Below are positions 38,192 through 39,594 of a DNA stretch of 39,594 nucleotides, one piece after another (the first letter of the stretch is position 1; every line of letters begins with the position of its first letter). Origin of the DNA: an uncultured Alkaliphilus sp. (GTDB lineage Bacteria > Bacillota > Clostridia > Peptostreptococcales > Natronincolaceae); NCBI GenBank assembly GCA_964383985.1, contig CAYLIZ010000003.1:1-39594 (forward strand). Direction: 5' to 3'. The notes beneath the pieces were generated by a model. That model searched no databases. It was not told the DNA's origin and saw nothing but the letters and a program-made list of their open reading frames with translations. The position numbers were made by a program, and so were the translations under genes.

Positions 38192-39529
38192 CTACCTAAT
38201 TCGTTTTATCTTTGAAATAAAAAATCCATCCGTATTATGTACATTAGGATAAAGTTGAATCATACCTTTAATATGCTCCCCCGGAATAAAATCTCTGTAT
38301 TCATCATTAATATTAATCAAAATATAATTTGAATTATAACTCAAAAATTTCTGTACAACGTCTTCATTTTCCTTAGGATTTATAGTACAAGTACTGTACA
38401 CTAATTCCCCATCCAATTTTACATATCTTGATGCATTTTTAAGTATATCATATTGTATAGCTATAATGGACTTTATACCTTCGAGTTGTTTTCTATATTT
38501 TATTTCAGGTTTTCTACGAATGATACCTAACCCTGAACAAGGTGCATCTACTAATACTTTGTCGGCCTTATTTAACAATTTTTTATCCAAATTGTTTCCA
38601 TTAAAATTTTCTGTTCTAATTATTGTTATACCTAATCTCTTAGCATTTTTTTCAACAAGTTTTAGTTTATGATCATAAATATCTCTAGCAATTATAGTCC
38701 CTTTATTGTTCATTAATTGAGCCATATGAGTAGCCTTTCCCCCGGGGGCACTGCATACATCTATTACAAAATCTCCCTCCCCGGGGTCTAATATTTTGGA
38801 TGCCAACATTGAGCTAAAATCTTGTACCTGAACATACCCTTTTTTATATAAATTAGATTGTTCTATATTATGTAATCCCTTGACAACAACTGCTTCTTTT
38901 ATAAATGGACTTTGTTTTATTATATAGCCTTCATCAATAAGAAGTTTTATACAATCATCTGTATTTATTTTTAGCGTATTTATACGTACATATAAATCCG
39001 GTGTAGTATTATTAGCCTTTAATAGTTCTTCTGTGAAATTTTTATCAAAATTATTTAAAAATGTTTTAACCAACCACTGTGGATGCGAATATTTTATCGA
39101 TAAATATTTGACAATGTCCTGCTCCGGATTTGGAAGTTTAATATTTTTTTTATTTCTTTGAATATTTCTTAAAATTCCGTTTATGAAACCGGTCGTTTTT
39201 TTACAATATTTTTTTGATAAATTTACAGTTTCATTTACAGCTGCAAAACCGGGTACTTTATCTAAAAAAAACAATTGATATATTCCAAGCCTCAACAAAT
39301 TTAATGTATAAGGATTCATCTTTTTTATTTTAAAGGTTGAAAATTGTTCTATTACATAATCTATATAAATTTGGTTTTCTAAAACGCCATAAACAAGTTC
39401 TGTTATTAAATTTTTATCTAACTGTTTATAAGATTTATGCCTTAACTCTCTATTCAAAGCTATATTTGAAAAAGCATTCTTTTCGTTTGTTTCGTACAAA
39501 ACCAATAATGCCCCCTCCCTTGGATTCAT
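38192..39529 (-). CDS. rsmB: 16S rRNA (cytosine967-C5)-methyltransferase
   Basis: NusB-like N-terminal domain, SAM-binding site (DVCSAPGGKA) and catalytic Cys motifs DAPCSGLG and YSTCT. Confidence 0.95.
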   Translation of the reverse strand: MNPREGALLVLYETNEKNAFSNIALNRELRHKSYKQLDKNLITELVYGVLENQIYIDYVIEQFSTFKIKKMNPYTLNLLRLGIYQLFFLDKVPGFAAVNETVNLSKKYCKKTTGFINGILRNIQRNKKNIKLPNPEQDIVKYLSIKYSHPQWLVKTFLNNFDKNFTEELLKANNTTPDLYVRINTLKINTDDCIKLLIDEGYIIKQSPFIKEAVVVKGLHNIEQSNLYKKGYVQVQDFSSMLASKILDPGEGDFVIDVCSAPGGKATHMAQLMNNKGTIIARDIYDHKLKLVEKNAKRLGITIIRTENFNGNNLDKKLLNKADKVLVDAPCSGLGIIRRKPEIKYRKQLEGIKSIIAIQYDILKNASRYVKLDGELVYSTCTINPKENEDVVQKFLSYNSNYILININDEYRDFIPGEHIKGMIQLYPNVHNTDGFFISKIKRIR

Positions 39530-39594
39530 TCATTTTCCCTCCCTTCACGAAATTATAATCAAATAATTTTTGTTAAATTTTGAATTTACACATT

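Noticed and set aside
1-39594. I looked for mobile elements, CRISPR arrays, tRNA or rRNA genes, prophage genes, a defence island or a biosynthetic island.
   Set aside because: Every ORF over 100 aa on the coding strand except one is a recognisable conserved housekeeping gene in a conserved order. I saw no transposase, integrase, Cas or restriction-like proteins, no long terminal inverted repeats, no spacer-repeat periodicity and no obvious compositional break.

Overview
This window is an AT-rich, very gene-dense stretch of core chromosome from a low-GC, spore-forming Firmicute (Clostridia-like). I call 43 CDSs, 40 of them on the minus strand, and nearly all are recognisable housekeeping genes. 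In minus-strand transcription order they are: rsmB-rlmN-prpC-prkC-rsgA-rpe-thiN, a small ORF, rpmB (+), an Asp23-family gene plus fakA/yloV, recG, rsmD-coaD, a coiled-coil ORF, ylbJ (+), tmcAL (+), ackA, yceD-rpmF, fapR-plsX-fabH-fabK-fabD-fabG-acpP-fabF, rnc, ftsY, ylxM-ffh-rpsP-khpA-rimM-trmD, rplS, rbgA-rnhB-yraN, comM, dprA and topA. From memory, this matches the Bacillus subtilis rsmB...topA region with the ylb cluster and ackA placed between recG and fapR. I found no tRNA or rRNA genes, CRISPR arrays, IS elements or transposases, prophage genes or recognisable defence genes, and no convincing novel multi-gene system. The unexplained or unusual items are all small. (1) Six tandem 11-bp units fill the entire rnc-ftsY spacer. 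(2) That spacer sits where smc normally lies, and smc is absent. (3) An unlisted 55-aa two-helix membrane ORF, bracketed by two bidirectional terminators, occupies the position held by spoVM in B. subtilis. (4) A perfect CodY box lies inside the predicted ackA promoter spacer. (5) Two FapR-operator-like boxes lie at the fapR promoter. (6) There are a few candidate leader or attenuator structures. All promoter and operator calls come from reading the sequence by eye in AT-rich DNA and are provisional.
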